DNA of 64,000 bases from Myxococcota bacterium (lineage in GTDB: Bacteria > Myxococcota_A > UBA9160 > SZUA-336). Under the pieces are notes generated by a model. That model made no database searches and was not told the DNA's origin. It saw nothing but the letters and a program-made list of their open reading frames with translations. Shown here piece after piece: positions 1 through 8,699 of the stretch. Position 1 is the stretch's first letter. Each line of letters opens with the position of its first letter. Position numbers and translations under genes: made by a program. Location: positions 1,504,001 to 1,568,000 of the forward strand of contig CBDFGR010000003.1 in the NCBI GenBank assembly GCA_965247115.1, read 5' to 3'.

Positions 1-2148
1 GTGGTGGCGCTCGTGACACTGGGGCTCGGCCTGGCTCCTCTGCTACCAGGCGTCCGCGCCCGCTGGGAGGGCTGGCTGGTCGGACGAGCCGCGAGCCGGG
101 CTCCCATCAGGCTCGTCACTCCGTCACGCGCTCGTTGGCGCAGCTGGCTCCGCAGCACGGGAGCCGCAGAGGCTCCGGAGCTTGCGGCCGCCGGCACCGC
201 GTGGGCCGGAATCGCCGCCACCTGGCTCGTGGCGCTCTTGCTCGCGCCGCTCCTGGGACAGTGGCTGCTGGTAGAGCCCAACGAGATCACGCTCGAGAGG
301 CGCTACATCGAGCACAACATCCAGTTCACACGCCACGGCTTCGGTCTCCACAAGGTAGAGGCCCGGCAGTTCCCGGCGACGGAGCAGTTCACCGACCAGA
401 TGATGCGGGACAACGCGCACGTTCTGTCCGAAGTGCGGCTCTGGGATTGGCGTGCACTCGACGCAGTCTACAAGCAGTTCCAGGAGATCCGTCTCTACTA
501 CGAATTTTTCAACGTGGACATGGACCGATACACGATCGGGGACCGCTACCGGCAGGTCATGGTGTCCGCCCGCGAGATGGCACAGCGGAACCTGCCGGCC
601 CAGAGTCAGACCTTCGTGAACCAGCGCTTCAAGTACAGCCACGGCTACGGGCTCACCTTGAGCACCGTCAGCGACTTCACTCCGGACGGACTTCCGAACC
701 TGCTGGTCAAGGACATTCCCCCACGCGCGGACGCGGAAGAGCTCCGGGTGGACCGTCCTCAGATCTACTATGGCGAGCTCACGAACTCTCCAGTGGTCGT
801 CAACACCCGGGAGGAGGAGTTCGACTATCCGAGAGGAGACCAGAACGTCTACATCCGCTATCCAGGAAGAGGGGGTGTACAGCTTTCCAACTTCTGGCGG
901 AAGCTCGTCTTCGGCTGGAGGTTCGACGGCACACAGTTCCTGGTCTCGAGCTATCCGACCGCCGAATCTCGCATCATGTTCCATCGCCAGATCCACGAGC
1001 GGGTTGCGATTCTGGCGCCGTTCCTGGAGTGGGACCCCGATCCGTACATTGTGCTGGTCGACGGGCGGCTGTTCTGGATCATCGACGGGTACACGACATC
1101 CACCTACTACCCTTATAGCGAGGCGTTCTCCTCGCGAGAGGTGATCGAGTATCGCGAGACGAGCCGCTCCCGCCGCCTGGCGAGCCGCGTCGCACCGCAC
1201 CTGGACGGCGTGAACTACGCCCGCAATTCCGTGAAGGCGGTCGTTGACGCGTTCGACGGGTCAGTGGATTTCTACGTCTTCGATCCAGATGATCCGCTGG
1301 TGCAGGTCTGGCAGCGGGCACTGCCTGGCCTCTTTCGAGACCGCGCCGAAATGCCAGCGGGTCTCCAGGCGCACGTGCGCTACCCCGAGAGCTTCTTGCT
1401 TGCCCAGGGTTTGGTGTACGCCAAGTACCACATGAGCGACCCTGCCGTGTTCTACAACCAGGAGGATCTCTGGGTCCGCGCTACGGAGAAGTATTACGAC
1501 GCTGTGCGCCCGGTGGAGCCCTACTACGTGATGTGGGAGCTCCCCGGTTCCGATCAGCCGGAGTTCGTCTCCGTCCTGCCCTTTACACCGAAGAGGCGCC
1601 AGGTGCTCATCGGCTGGATCGCGGGCCTATGCGACGGGGAGAACTATGGACGTCTGCTCGCGTACAAGTTCCCGAAGGAGAGGCGGGTGCTGGGCCCGCA
1701 GCAGGTGGAGACAAAGATCGATCAGGACCCCATCCTGTCCAGTCAGCTCACGCTGTGGGACCAACGGGGGTCCAGCGTGATACGCGGCAACGTGCTGGCG
1801 ATTCCGATCGAAGATGCGCTCCTCTATGTGGAGCCGATTTACCTGCAGGCCGATACCGCGGCGTACCCCGAGCTCCGGCTCGTGGTCGTGATGCATGGGG
1901 ACGCCATGAGCTATGCGGACACCTTCGAGGGCGCCCTGCAGGGCCTCTTCGATGGAGAGCGAAGAAACCAGCGCCCGTCGGATCTGCTGATGCCCGATGT
2001 GGCGGCGGCCAAAGGACTTGCACGGGAGGCGAACGAGTCCTTCGAGCGGTACCTGGAGCTGCAGGGGGCGCAGCGCTTCGAGGAGGCAGGCCGTGAGCTT
2101 CGCTCTCTGCGCGACATGTTACAGCGCCTGGCCGAGGGTGAGGATTAG
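1..2148 (+). CDS. UPF0182 family membrane protein (5' truncated by window edge)
   Basis: Motifs PNEITLERRYIEHNIQFTR, VRLWDWR, QEIRLYYEF, YSHGYG, RPQIYYGE, NYARNSVKAVVDAFDG and RGNVLAIPIEDALLYVEPIYLQA are typical of UPF0182. Confidence 0.9.
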   Translation: MVALVTLGLGLAPLLPGVRARWEGWLVGRAASRAPIRLVTPSRARWRSWLRSTGAAEAPELAAAGTAWAGIAATWLVALLLAPLLGQWLLVEPNEITLERRYIEHNIQFTRHGFGLHKVEARQFPATEQFTDQMMRDNAHVLSEVRLWDWRALDAVYKQFQEIRLYYEFFNVDMDRYTIGDRYRQVMVSAREMAQRNLPAQSQTFVNQRFKYSHGYGLTLSTVSDFTPDGLPNLLVKDIPPRADAEELRVDRPQIYYGELTNSPVVVNTREEEFDYPRGDQNVYIRYPGRGGVQLSNFWRKLVFGWRFDGTQFLVSSYPTAESRIMFHRQIHERVAILAPFLEWDPDPYIVLVDGRLFWIIDGYTTSTYYPYSEAFSSREVIEYRETSRSRRLASRVAPHLDGVNYARNSVKAVVDAFDGSVDFYVFDPDDPLVQVWQRALPGLFRDRAEMPAGLQAHVRYPESFLLAQGLVYAKYHMSDPAVFYNQEDLWVRATEKYYDAVRPVEPYYVMWELPGSDQPEFVSVLPFTPKRRQVLIGWIAGLCDGENYGRLLAYKFPKERRVLGPQQVETKIDQDPILSSQLTLWDQRGSSVIRGNVLAIPIEDALLYVEPIYLQADTAAYPELRLVVVMHGDAMSYADTFEGALQGLFDGERRNQRPSDLLMPDVAAAKGLAREANESFERYLELQGAQRFEEAGRELRSLRDMLQRLAEGED

Positions 2149-2158
2149 CGGGGAGTCG

Positions 2159-2971
2159 TCACGGACGCGCCGCGAACTCCGCGGCTGCGTCCTCCATGGT
2201 GTGGAAGACCGCGCCGCGCTCGAGCAGCTGCAGGATCAGCCGTTCGAGCATGAGCATCCTGTGGCCGCGCCCGATCACGAACGGGTGGCACGTGTACGTG
2301 AGCACGCCCCAATCCGTGATTCGAGTCATGTAGATGAAATCGTCGAGCCAGTTCTCGAGCACGCCGCCCGCGTTCCGGAGCCCCTGGCCACGCATGAACT
2401 CGAAGTGCGGATAGTCGTCCAGCGTCCAGCTGATCGGCATCTCTATGAGCGAGGTCTCCTCGCCGAACACCACGGGCTTGTCGAGCTCCATCACGTCGCC
2501 ACTGCGGGCGTGATAGGGCTGGTAGTCATGGCCCATCATGCTGCTCTCGTAGACGAAGGCGTGTTTCAGCAGCAGCTCGACCGTGTGCGGGCTCAGATCC
2601 CAGGCCGGCGAGCGGTAGCCTCTCGCCGGTTGCCCGCTGAGCTTGTGGATGGCGTCGTTCGCACGAACGAGCCCCGCCTCCTCTTGCTCCCGGGATAGCT
2701 GTGCCGGCGCAACGTGGAGCCAGCCGTGATGCGCGATCTCGTGGCCACCCTCGACGATCGCGTTACAGGCGTTTGGATAGGTCTCGATCGTGACGCCCGG
2801 AATGAACCACGTGGCCGGGATCCCGTACTTCTCGAGCAGGGTCAGAATCCGAGCGGCGCCGACCACACCGAACTCGCCGCGCGAGATCGGCGTCGGAGTC
2901 GTCTGTCCGCTCGCGATCAAGCCCGATACGGCGTCGAAGTCGAAGCTCAGGCAGACGATGTGCCTGGTCAT
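2159..2971 (-). CDS. Polysaccharide deacetylase family protein (NodB/PuuE-like)
   Basis: SFDFD, ATWFIPG, HEIAHHGWLH, GYRSPAW and HPFVIGR motifs. Start re-called at ATG 2971, after SD AGGGGAG. Confidence 0.85.
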   Translation of the reverse strand: MTRHIVCLSFDFDAVSGLIASGQTTPTPISRGEFGVVGAARILTLLEKYGIPATWFIPGVTIETYPNACNAIVEGGHEIAHHGWLHVAPAQLSREQEEAGLVRANDAIHKLSGQPARGYRSPAWDLSPHTVELLLKHAFVYESSMMGHDYQPYHARSGDVMELDKPVVFGEETSLIEMPISWTLDDYPHFEFMRGQGLRNAGGVLENWLDDFIYMTRITDWGVLTYTCHPFVIGRGHRMLMLERLILQLLERGAVFHTMEDAAAEFAARP

Positions 2972-3006
2972 TTCTCCCCTCCGGTCATGAGGCCAGGCTG
3001 CTCGGA

Positions 3007-4833
3007 TCAGGGTGCCCGGACTCTCTCCGTCGGTATACGCACCTGTCCACCAGCATAGTGGAATCGGAGCTGCCTGCTCTGGTCGTAGAGCATCACCTCT
3101 CGAACTCCCTGATAATGAAGCCGCCTGGCGATCTCTGTTCCTTCCGCGCGCTGCTCCTCCACCGACATCTTCTTCCACCCGGGCAAGATCGCGCCGACGA
3201 AGAGACGCCCGAAGCCCTGCTTGCGGTAGCCCGAATCGATGTAGCTCGACAGGTCCGCAAGCCTCTCCTCGCTGAAGAGATCAATGGGCCGCGGCTTGAT
3301 CATCTGGAAGCGCATGCCCACCGAGCCCAGCAGCACCACGAACAGGATAGCAGCTGCGCTGATTCGCTTGGCCTTTGTGTCGAGGAAGACGATGGAGGGG
3401 CGCCAGCTCCCCGCATCCGCCGCGGCCCGGAGCGCCTCCCCGCCACCTTCGATAAAGCTCGACTCGGCGCCGGCCTTGCGCGTTGCGTTTCGGATCAGCT
3501 CCGCCAGTGAGGCGTACAGATAGCGATGCTTCGTTGCCGAGATCTCGCGCGCATCGGCGTAGGCACCTTGAGCGATCTGCTGCTTCGTCGTCTGTCGGAC
3601 CTGCTCGTTGAGCTTGCGCACCCAGTCGGACTGGAGAACGGTCGGGCGAAGGCCGAGCTCCACATAGCGTGATCCGAGCGTCGGGAGACGCCGGATCGCG
3701 ATCCCCGTTGCCACCATGCTGCGAATGAGCTCGTCGATGGGCGTCGCGCCACTCGAGAATGCACTCTCCTCGCGCTCGCTCAGCTCCAGGCCTCCGATGA
3801 TCTCGGAGAGGAGCTCGCTGTCGTTTGTCTCGCCGCGCAGACCGTTTGTCTCGCCGCGCAGACGTCCGGCGATCGCACCCTCGACGCGCGCGATGCCCTC
3901 CCGCTGCGAGTCCACACGCTCTTGCGTGGTCTCTCTGGGCTCTACCACAGCGGGTGTCGGGACCACGGGATCGCGCCCGTCGATCCCACTCAGGGTCAGC
4001 GTCTCGTCGTCGTCGAGCTCCACCTCGATCGACAGGATGAGCTCCGAGTCGGCGATCCAGTCGTCCGTCCGCGTCTGGTCGAGCAGATCCTCGTGACGGT
4101 TCCAGACCGCGAGGTTGTAGCCGACGACGGCGCGCAGGATCGACGGGGAGAAGACGGACTCGCCGAGTCCCTGCTTGAGCTCGCGGATCTCCGCCAGCAC
4201 GGGGCTGACGTTCGTGGCCTCCTGCAGGCGCTGCGCCGCGTCGTCGAAGGTCTGGGCAACCTGGACGGGATCTGTGTCGGGATCCAGGGCATCGCCGAGT
4301 GCGTTGGAGTACAGGGTCAGTGCGGGACTGACTTGAACGGGATCGCGCACCATGCGGCGCACGCCAGCACACTGCTCCGACGCGATCATCGTGACCAGGT
4401 ACTCGGTGATCCTGTCGCGACCCGCGCGGCCGCTCTCTGTGCCCACGCAGAGATCCAGCAGGGCGATGACCTCGTCGGAGTAATCGAGGAAGGTCGTCGG
4501 GAGGGTGGCTCGCAGCTGGGAGAGGGGGATCCCCTCGAGCGCGGCGAGCAGCTCCTGCTTCAGCTCGGCGAGACGCAGATCGATCTCGGCGAGCTCGGGG
4601 CGCAGCTCGGGATCACCCGGAGCCGGCTCCCCGCCCCGCGCCAGGCACTTGCTGAGCACACCGAGCCGCTCGCGGATCTCGCGCCAGCGCTCGGGCGCCG
4701 GTAGGGCGCCCGGCGCGCAAGCCGATGGCTCGAGTGCTCGCTGGGCGCCCCGGAGTGCGGCGAAGCTGCGAACTCGTTCTAAGACTTCGAGCTTCGCCGC
4801 AGAGGCCTGACCGGACTCGGACATGGACGCCAT
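3007..4833 (-). CDS. Hypothetical ~608-aa protein with one C-proximal TM helix
   Basis: Long ORF with SD AGGAGG. Hydrophobic stretch ISAAAILFVVLLGSVGM. No family motif recognised. Confidence 0.7.
   Translation of the reverse strand: MASMSESGQASAAKLEVLERVRSFAALRGAQRALEPSACAPGALPAPERWREIRERLGVLSKCLARGGEPAPGDPELRPELAEIDLRLAELKQELLAALEGIPLSQLRATLPTTFLDYSDEVIALLDLCVGTESGRAGRDRITEYLVTMIASEQCAGVRRMVRDPVQVSPALTLYSNALGDALDPDTDPVQVAQTFDDAAQRLQEATNVSPVLAEIRELKQGLGESVFSPSILRAVVGYNLAVWNRHEDLLDQTRTDDWIADSELILSIEVELDDDETLTLSGIDGRDPVVPTPAVVEPRETTQERVDSQREGIARVEGAIAGRLRGETNGLRGETNDSELLSEIIGGLELSEREESAFSSGATPIDELIRSMVATGIAIRRLPTLGSRYVELGLRPTVLQSDWVRKLNEQVRQTTKQQIAQGAYADAREISATKHRYLYASLAELIRNATRKAGAESSFIEGGGEALRAAADAGSWRPSIVFLDTKAKRISAAAILFVVLLGSVGMRFQMIKPRPIDLFSEERLADLSSYIDSGYRKQGFGRLFVGAILPGWKKMSVEEQRAEGTEIARRLHYQGVREVMLYDQSRQLRFHYAGGQVRIPTERVRAP
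3822..3863. repeat. Exact 21-bp tandem duplication (cgtttgtctcgccgcgcagac x2), in-frame 7-aa repeat
   Basis: Seen directly; the protein reads RLRGETNGLRGETND. Confidence 0.9.
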
Positions 4834-4860
4834 CACTCCCCTCCTTGTGTGCTCGCCCCG

Positions 4861-5319
4861 CTAGCGGTGGCGCGGGTGGAGGCGGGCGGGCGCGTTGCTC
4901 GGGTTGTCTGTTCCCTGGTTGGGGCTGTTGTCCCTGCCGCTCCCGAGGCCGGGGTTCGTGCCGTCGCTGAGGCCAGAGCGGCTGTTCTCCCCGGGGGCCT
5001 TGTCCGGCCTGTTGTGGTCCGCACCCGACGCGAGCGTGCTCCCGTCATCGGCCTCCTCCACGCCGTCACCGGGGTCGCCGTCGGCTATGGTCGGCGCGGG
5101 ACCGTCCGGTACGAGCGCACCGGGCACACCATTGGTGGGCGGCACGGTCCCGGTCGGTCGTTCGATCTCCACGGAGTTGCCGAGGATCTCGTCCGAGAGC
5201 AACAGGATCTCTCCGGAGTCGACCTGTCTGTCCGCGGCGCTGGTGCCAGGGGCAAGCAGGACGAGCGAGAAGCTCAGCATTGCTGCTGCGCTGATTCCGA
5301 TCAATTGCATCAACTTCAT
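4861..5319 (-). CDS. Secreted low-complexity (G/D/N/P-rich) hypothetical protein
   Basis: Signal peptide MKLMQLIGISAAAMLSFSLVLLAPGTSAA, SD GAGGTG, acidic disordered-looking body. Confidence 0.7.
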   Translation of the reverse strand: MKLMQLIGISAAAMLSFSLVLLAPGTSAADRQVDSGEILLLSDEILGNSVEIERPTGTVPPTNGVPGALVPDGPAPTIADGDPGDGVEEADDGSTLASGADHNRPDKAPGENSRSGLSDGTNPGLGSGRDNSPNQGTDNPSNAPARLHPRHR

Positions 5320-5362
5320 CTGGATCACCTCTTCTTTCAATCGAACCACTGCAACGACCGGG

Positions 5363-5848
5363 CTAGTCCTTCAGGATGATGTTGTTCTCAATCATCAGGA
5401 CGTCGAGGACATCGTCACCGGGCACGAGATCCGCCGTGGCGACCACGGAGAAGTTCGCGTCCGGATTTGCGTTGATATCAAAGGTCTGGAGCTGGAAGCG
5501 GTAGTAGTTGCCGTCAATCTGGGTCGGGGAGATCACCACGCCGCCTTCGAGCTCGAACCCGATGCGCGCGAACGTGTCGCCGTACTGACCGACCTCGGCA
5601 ATGTAGGCTGTCTGTGCGGTGTGCATTCCGCCGAGAGCCAGGTAGGCCTCGGCGCGATGTGTGCGCAACATGATGTGCTTGGCGCGTGGAATCGCCACGG
5701 AGGCGAGCACCCCGATGATCGCGATGACCAGCAGGAGCTCGACCAGTGTGAAGCCGACGGGGGAGCTGCTGCGGGGTGAGCCGGGCAGGCATCGCGCGGC
5801 GTGCGCGCTCTTGTTGGCGCGCGCGTTCGCCTCTCGAGACTTGAACAT
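5363..5848 (-). CDS. Type IV pilin / prepilin with N-terminal methylation site
   Basis: G|FTLVELLLVIAIIGVLASVAIP class III signal with Glu5. ATG 5848 is preceded by SD AGGGAG. Confidence 0.88.
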   Translation of the reverse strand: MFKSREANARANKSAHAARCLPGSPRSSSPVGFTLVELLLVIAIIGVLASVAIPRAKHIMLRTHRAEAYLALGGMHTAQTAYIAEVGQYGDTFARIGFELEGGVVISPTQIDGNYYRFQLQTFDINANPDANFSVVATADLVPGDDVLDVLMIENNIILKD

Positions 5849-5853
5849 CTCTC

Positions 5854-5949
5854 GCTCCCTTCGATAGCCGTTCGACCCGTCTGTCTGTGCAGGTGAGGGC
5901 ACTGGCTTTGCGTCCCCGTCTTTCGGCGGGTTTGCCATTGTCGAGGAGC
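5854..5949 (-). promoter_or_regulatory. GEMM-I (c-di-GMP-I class) riboswitch
   Basis: Minus strand reads GCUCCUCGACAAUGGCAAACCCGCCGAAAGACGGGGACGCAAAGCCAGUGCCCUCACCUG...CAGACGGGUCGAACGGCUAUCGAAGGGAGC. It has the GGCAAACC-stem-GAAA-stem-GGGACGCAAAGCC signature, a P3 stem and a P1 stem, directly 5' of the pilin gene. Confidence 0.85.
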
Positions 5950-6118
5950 CGGCAGAACAAGTCGGCCTGTTCTCTCAGCTCGAACTCCTCATCGGAGTCC
6001 GGCGCGAGAGTCTTGAATCGATCTCGCCTGGGTGCTGGCGAGCGGAGTCGAGCGAGAAGCCCAAAGACTCGGCTACAGGGGAGCCTTCACGAAGAACTGC
6101 GGCAGAGCTGCCGGTCGC

Positions 6119-6967
6119 TCAGTCCTTCTCGAGCCAGCGGTTGAAATGCGGAGTGCGCTTCTCCCGGAACGCGGCCCCGCCTTCGCGCGCGTCTGGATGG
6201 TGGTCGGACACGGCGGTCTTCGCGGCAATCTCGTCGAGCGCCTGGTCGAAGGTCATCTCGGCGGCGTTGTAGATGGAGCGCTTGAGCAGGCGCATGGCGA
6301 CCTGCGGCCCGTTGGCGAGCTCGCGCGCAAACTCCAATGCCCGCTCCTCTAGGGCGTCGGGGGGCACCACCTCGTGCACCAGGCCCAATTCGAACGCCTC
6401 CTGGGCTGTGACGATCCGCTTGCGCATCAGGAAGTCCATGGTGCGCGCAACGCCGAGCAGCTGCACGAGCAAGAACTGCCCGCCCTCGTCCGGCAGCAGT
6501 CCGAAGCGCAATGTCGCGCTGCCCATGCGTGCGTCCGACGAGGCGATACGGAAGTCGCAGCTAAGGGCCAGCGAGAAGCCGGTCTGGATCGCGACCCCGT
6601 TCATGGCGGCGATCGAGAGCTTGTCGAGGTTTCGCAGCGCCTGGTTGACCGGCTGCGACAGCCCGCGCAGACCGTCGTACGTACCGATCGGTGTGTCATG
6701 GCCCGGGGGGATGTTCGGCACCAGCACGGCGTTCGGGTCCGTCGCATGGCCTGAGATGTCGTCTCCCGCCGAGAAGGCGCGCCCGGAGCCGCTGAACAGG
6801 ACCACGCGAACCGCATTGTCAAGCTGGGCCTGGATCAAGGTCTCGACCAGGTCGCGCTTCAGCGGCGCGGTCATCCCGTTCAGTCGCTTTGGCTCATTGA
6901 ATTGGATGTGCGCGATCCCCGGCTCCTGCAGGCTCACCTCGAAGCCCCGGAAGTTTCCCGTCTCCAT
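6119..6967 (-). CDS. Enoyl-CoA hydratase/isomerase (crotonase) family protein
   Basis: GRAFSAGDDI, AAMNGVAIQTGFSLALSCDFRIAS, AQEAFELGLV and AFREKRTPHF motifs. Confidence 0.9.
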   Translation of the reverse strand: METGNFRGFEVSLQEPGIAHIQFNEPKRLNGMTAPLKRDLVETLIQAQLDNAVRVVLFSGSGRAFSAGDDISGHATDPNAVLVPNIPPGHDTPIGTYDGLRGLSQPVNQALRNLDKLSIAAMNGVAIQTGFSLALSCDFRIASSDARMGSATLRFGLLPDEGGQFLLVQLLGVARTMDFLMRKRIVTAQEAFELGLVHEVVPPDALEERALEFARELANGPQVAMRLLKRSIYNAAEMTFDQALDEIAAKTAVSDHHPDAREGGAAFREKRTPHFNRWLEKD

Positions 6968-6971
6968 GGTG

Positions 6972-7967
6972 TTACCCCACTAGCTGACGATAGATATTGG
7001 CGAGCTTCTTCGGGTCCGACTCCGCGATAGAGACCGAGTGCGACCGGAAGCCGGCTGCCTCTGCCTCATCGATCGCATCGATGCACTGCTCGACCGATCC
7101 GGCCGTGCCCAGCTGCTGGACGAGCTCGGCGGGCAGCGCGGTCGTGCCGGCGCCGGAGCCACCCTCCTCCCAGGCCTTGCGCACGGTGTCCGCCTGCTCG
7201 CGGTAGCCCATGCGCACGAAGTGTTCGTAGTAGTAGTCGCCCATGCGCGCGATGTAGAAGGCCGTGTTCGCGGCGAGTCCACCGTAGGTGCGCTTCGGGT
7301 CGTCCGTCACGGACACAGTGCTCGGGTTGCGCACGACCACGTCGTCTGGCTTCCGACCGGCCGCCTTGACCGCGTCGAAGAAGTGATCGAGCTGAGTCTT
7401 CCACTGCTCCTTCGGGATGAAGATCGGGAACCAGCCGTCCGCGATCTCGGCGGTCTGCGCGACAGACTTGGGCGTGACCGACGCGATCCAGATGGGAATG
7501 TGGTCGCGTACCGGCTCGAAGCGAAGCTTGAAGCCGCGCTCGAGCTTGAAGATCTTCCCAGAGTACACGAGCGGCTCCTGCCGCATGAGCATGTTGATGA
7601 TGTCGACGTACTCGCGCAGCCGTGTGAGCGGCCGACCGAACTCCACGCCGTGAAAGTGCTCGATCACGCGGATGCCGGAGCTGCCGAGCCCGATAATCAT
7701 GCGGCCACCGGAGAGCTCGTCGAGTGTTGCGAAGTGCTGTGCGAGCGCACCGGGGCTGCGCGAATAGTTGTTCACGATCGAGGTGCCGAGCTTGATCCGG
7801 CTCGTCTCGCGCACGAGCACCGCGAGGATCGTGAACGCGTCGCGGCCCCAGGCCTCGGCGACGAACAGGGAGTCGACGCCGGCGTCGTCGGCAACCTTGG
7901 CCTGCTCGATCACGTTGTCGATGTCGAAGGCGCCCTGCCAGTTGATCCCTATAGAGAGACTGCGCAT
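6972..7967 (-). CDS. LLM class flavin/F420-dependent oxidoreductase
   Basis: AEAWGRDAF, IKLGTSIVN, ATLDELSGGRMIIGLGSSG and AEIADGW motifs. Confidence 0.88.
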   Translation of the reverse strand: MRSLSIGINWQGAFDIDNVIEQAKVADDAGVDSLFVAEAWGRDAFTILAVLVRETSRIKLGTSIVNNYSRSPGALAQHFATLDELSGGRMIIGLGSSGIRVIEHFHGVEFGRPLTRLREYVDIINMLMRQEPLVYSGKIFKLERGFKLRFEPVRDHIPIWIASVTPKSVAQTAEIADGWFPIFIPKEQWKTQLDHFFDAVKAAGRKPDDVVVRNPSTVSVTDDPKRTYGGLAANTAFYIARMGDYYYEHFVRMGYREQADTVRKAWEEGGSGAGTTALPAELVQQLGTAGSVEQCIDAIDEAEAAGFRSHSVSIAESDPKKLANIYRQLVG

Positions 7968-8042
7968 GTTGCTTTCTCCCGGCGCGAGCTCGCACCACGA
8001 GGGGCGAGTATATACCCCGTGACTGGTTCCGGGGTCCGTGGC

Positions 8043-8669
8043 TCAGGCGCCGCCCTCGCGACGAGCGAACACCAGCCACAGGGGATCACGGTTCGGTGGG
8101 GAGCGATCCAGGAACTGCGGCTCGCTGAAGCCGCCTGCGAGCTCGTGGTACGTCGTCACGAGCTGCACCCGGCGTGGAGGCGGCAGAGCGTGGAAGGCAG
8201 CGATTGCCTTGGTGGGGAACAGCCGATGCGACATGGCGACGATCGACAGCCCGCCGGGTCGGAGCACCCTGGCAATCGACGCGAACACCTCGGCGGGTCT
8301 GGTCAGGTACTGGATCGACACCGCGTTCACGACCGCGTCGAAGGACCCGTCCGCGTAGGGGAGCTCCGGCTTCCCATTGAGGTCGTGCACGACAAAGTCA
8401 CTCAGCTGCTGGTTGGCTTCGAGCTCCGCGCGGTTCATTCCCAGGCCGGCCACGCGAGAGTAGGTGGCGTCGGGCGGCAGGTGCGAGACCCACGACGACA
8501 TCAGGTCCAGCACGCTCGCACCTGGAGTCAGGAGCTCGCCGTAGACCTTCGTGAGCTCCGCAATGGTCTCGGGATCGATGTGGGTGACGAAGCGCGGAGC
8601 GTTGTAGAACTCGGCATCAGGAGATTCGTCCTGGCGACGGAAAAGCTCATCGGGAAGGCGGTCGCTCAT
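8043..8669 (-). CDS. Class I SAM-dependent methyltransferase (type 11)
   Basis: FYNAPRFVTHID, VLDLMSSWVSHLP, SFDAVVNAVSIQYL and RVLRPGG motifs. Confidence 0.85.
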   Translation of the reverse strand: MSDRLPDELFRRQDESPDAEFYNAPRFVTHIDPETIAELTKVYGELLTPGASVLDLMSSWVSHLPPDATYSRVAGLGMNRAELEANQQLSDFVVHDLNGKPELPYADGSFDAVVNAVSIQYLTRPAEVFASIARVLRPGGLSIVAMSHRLFPTKAIAAFHALPPPRRVQLVTTYHELAGGFSEPQFLDRSPPNRDPLWLVFARREGGA

Positions 8670-8699
8670 GCAGCCGCCAGGGTCTCACAAGAGCCTCCG

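Noticed and set aside
5849..5938. N-terminal extension of the pilin (ORF-track start 5938)
   Set aside because: This region is the riboswitch; the SD-supported start is 5848.
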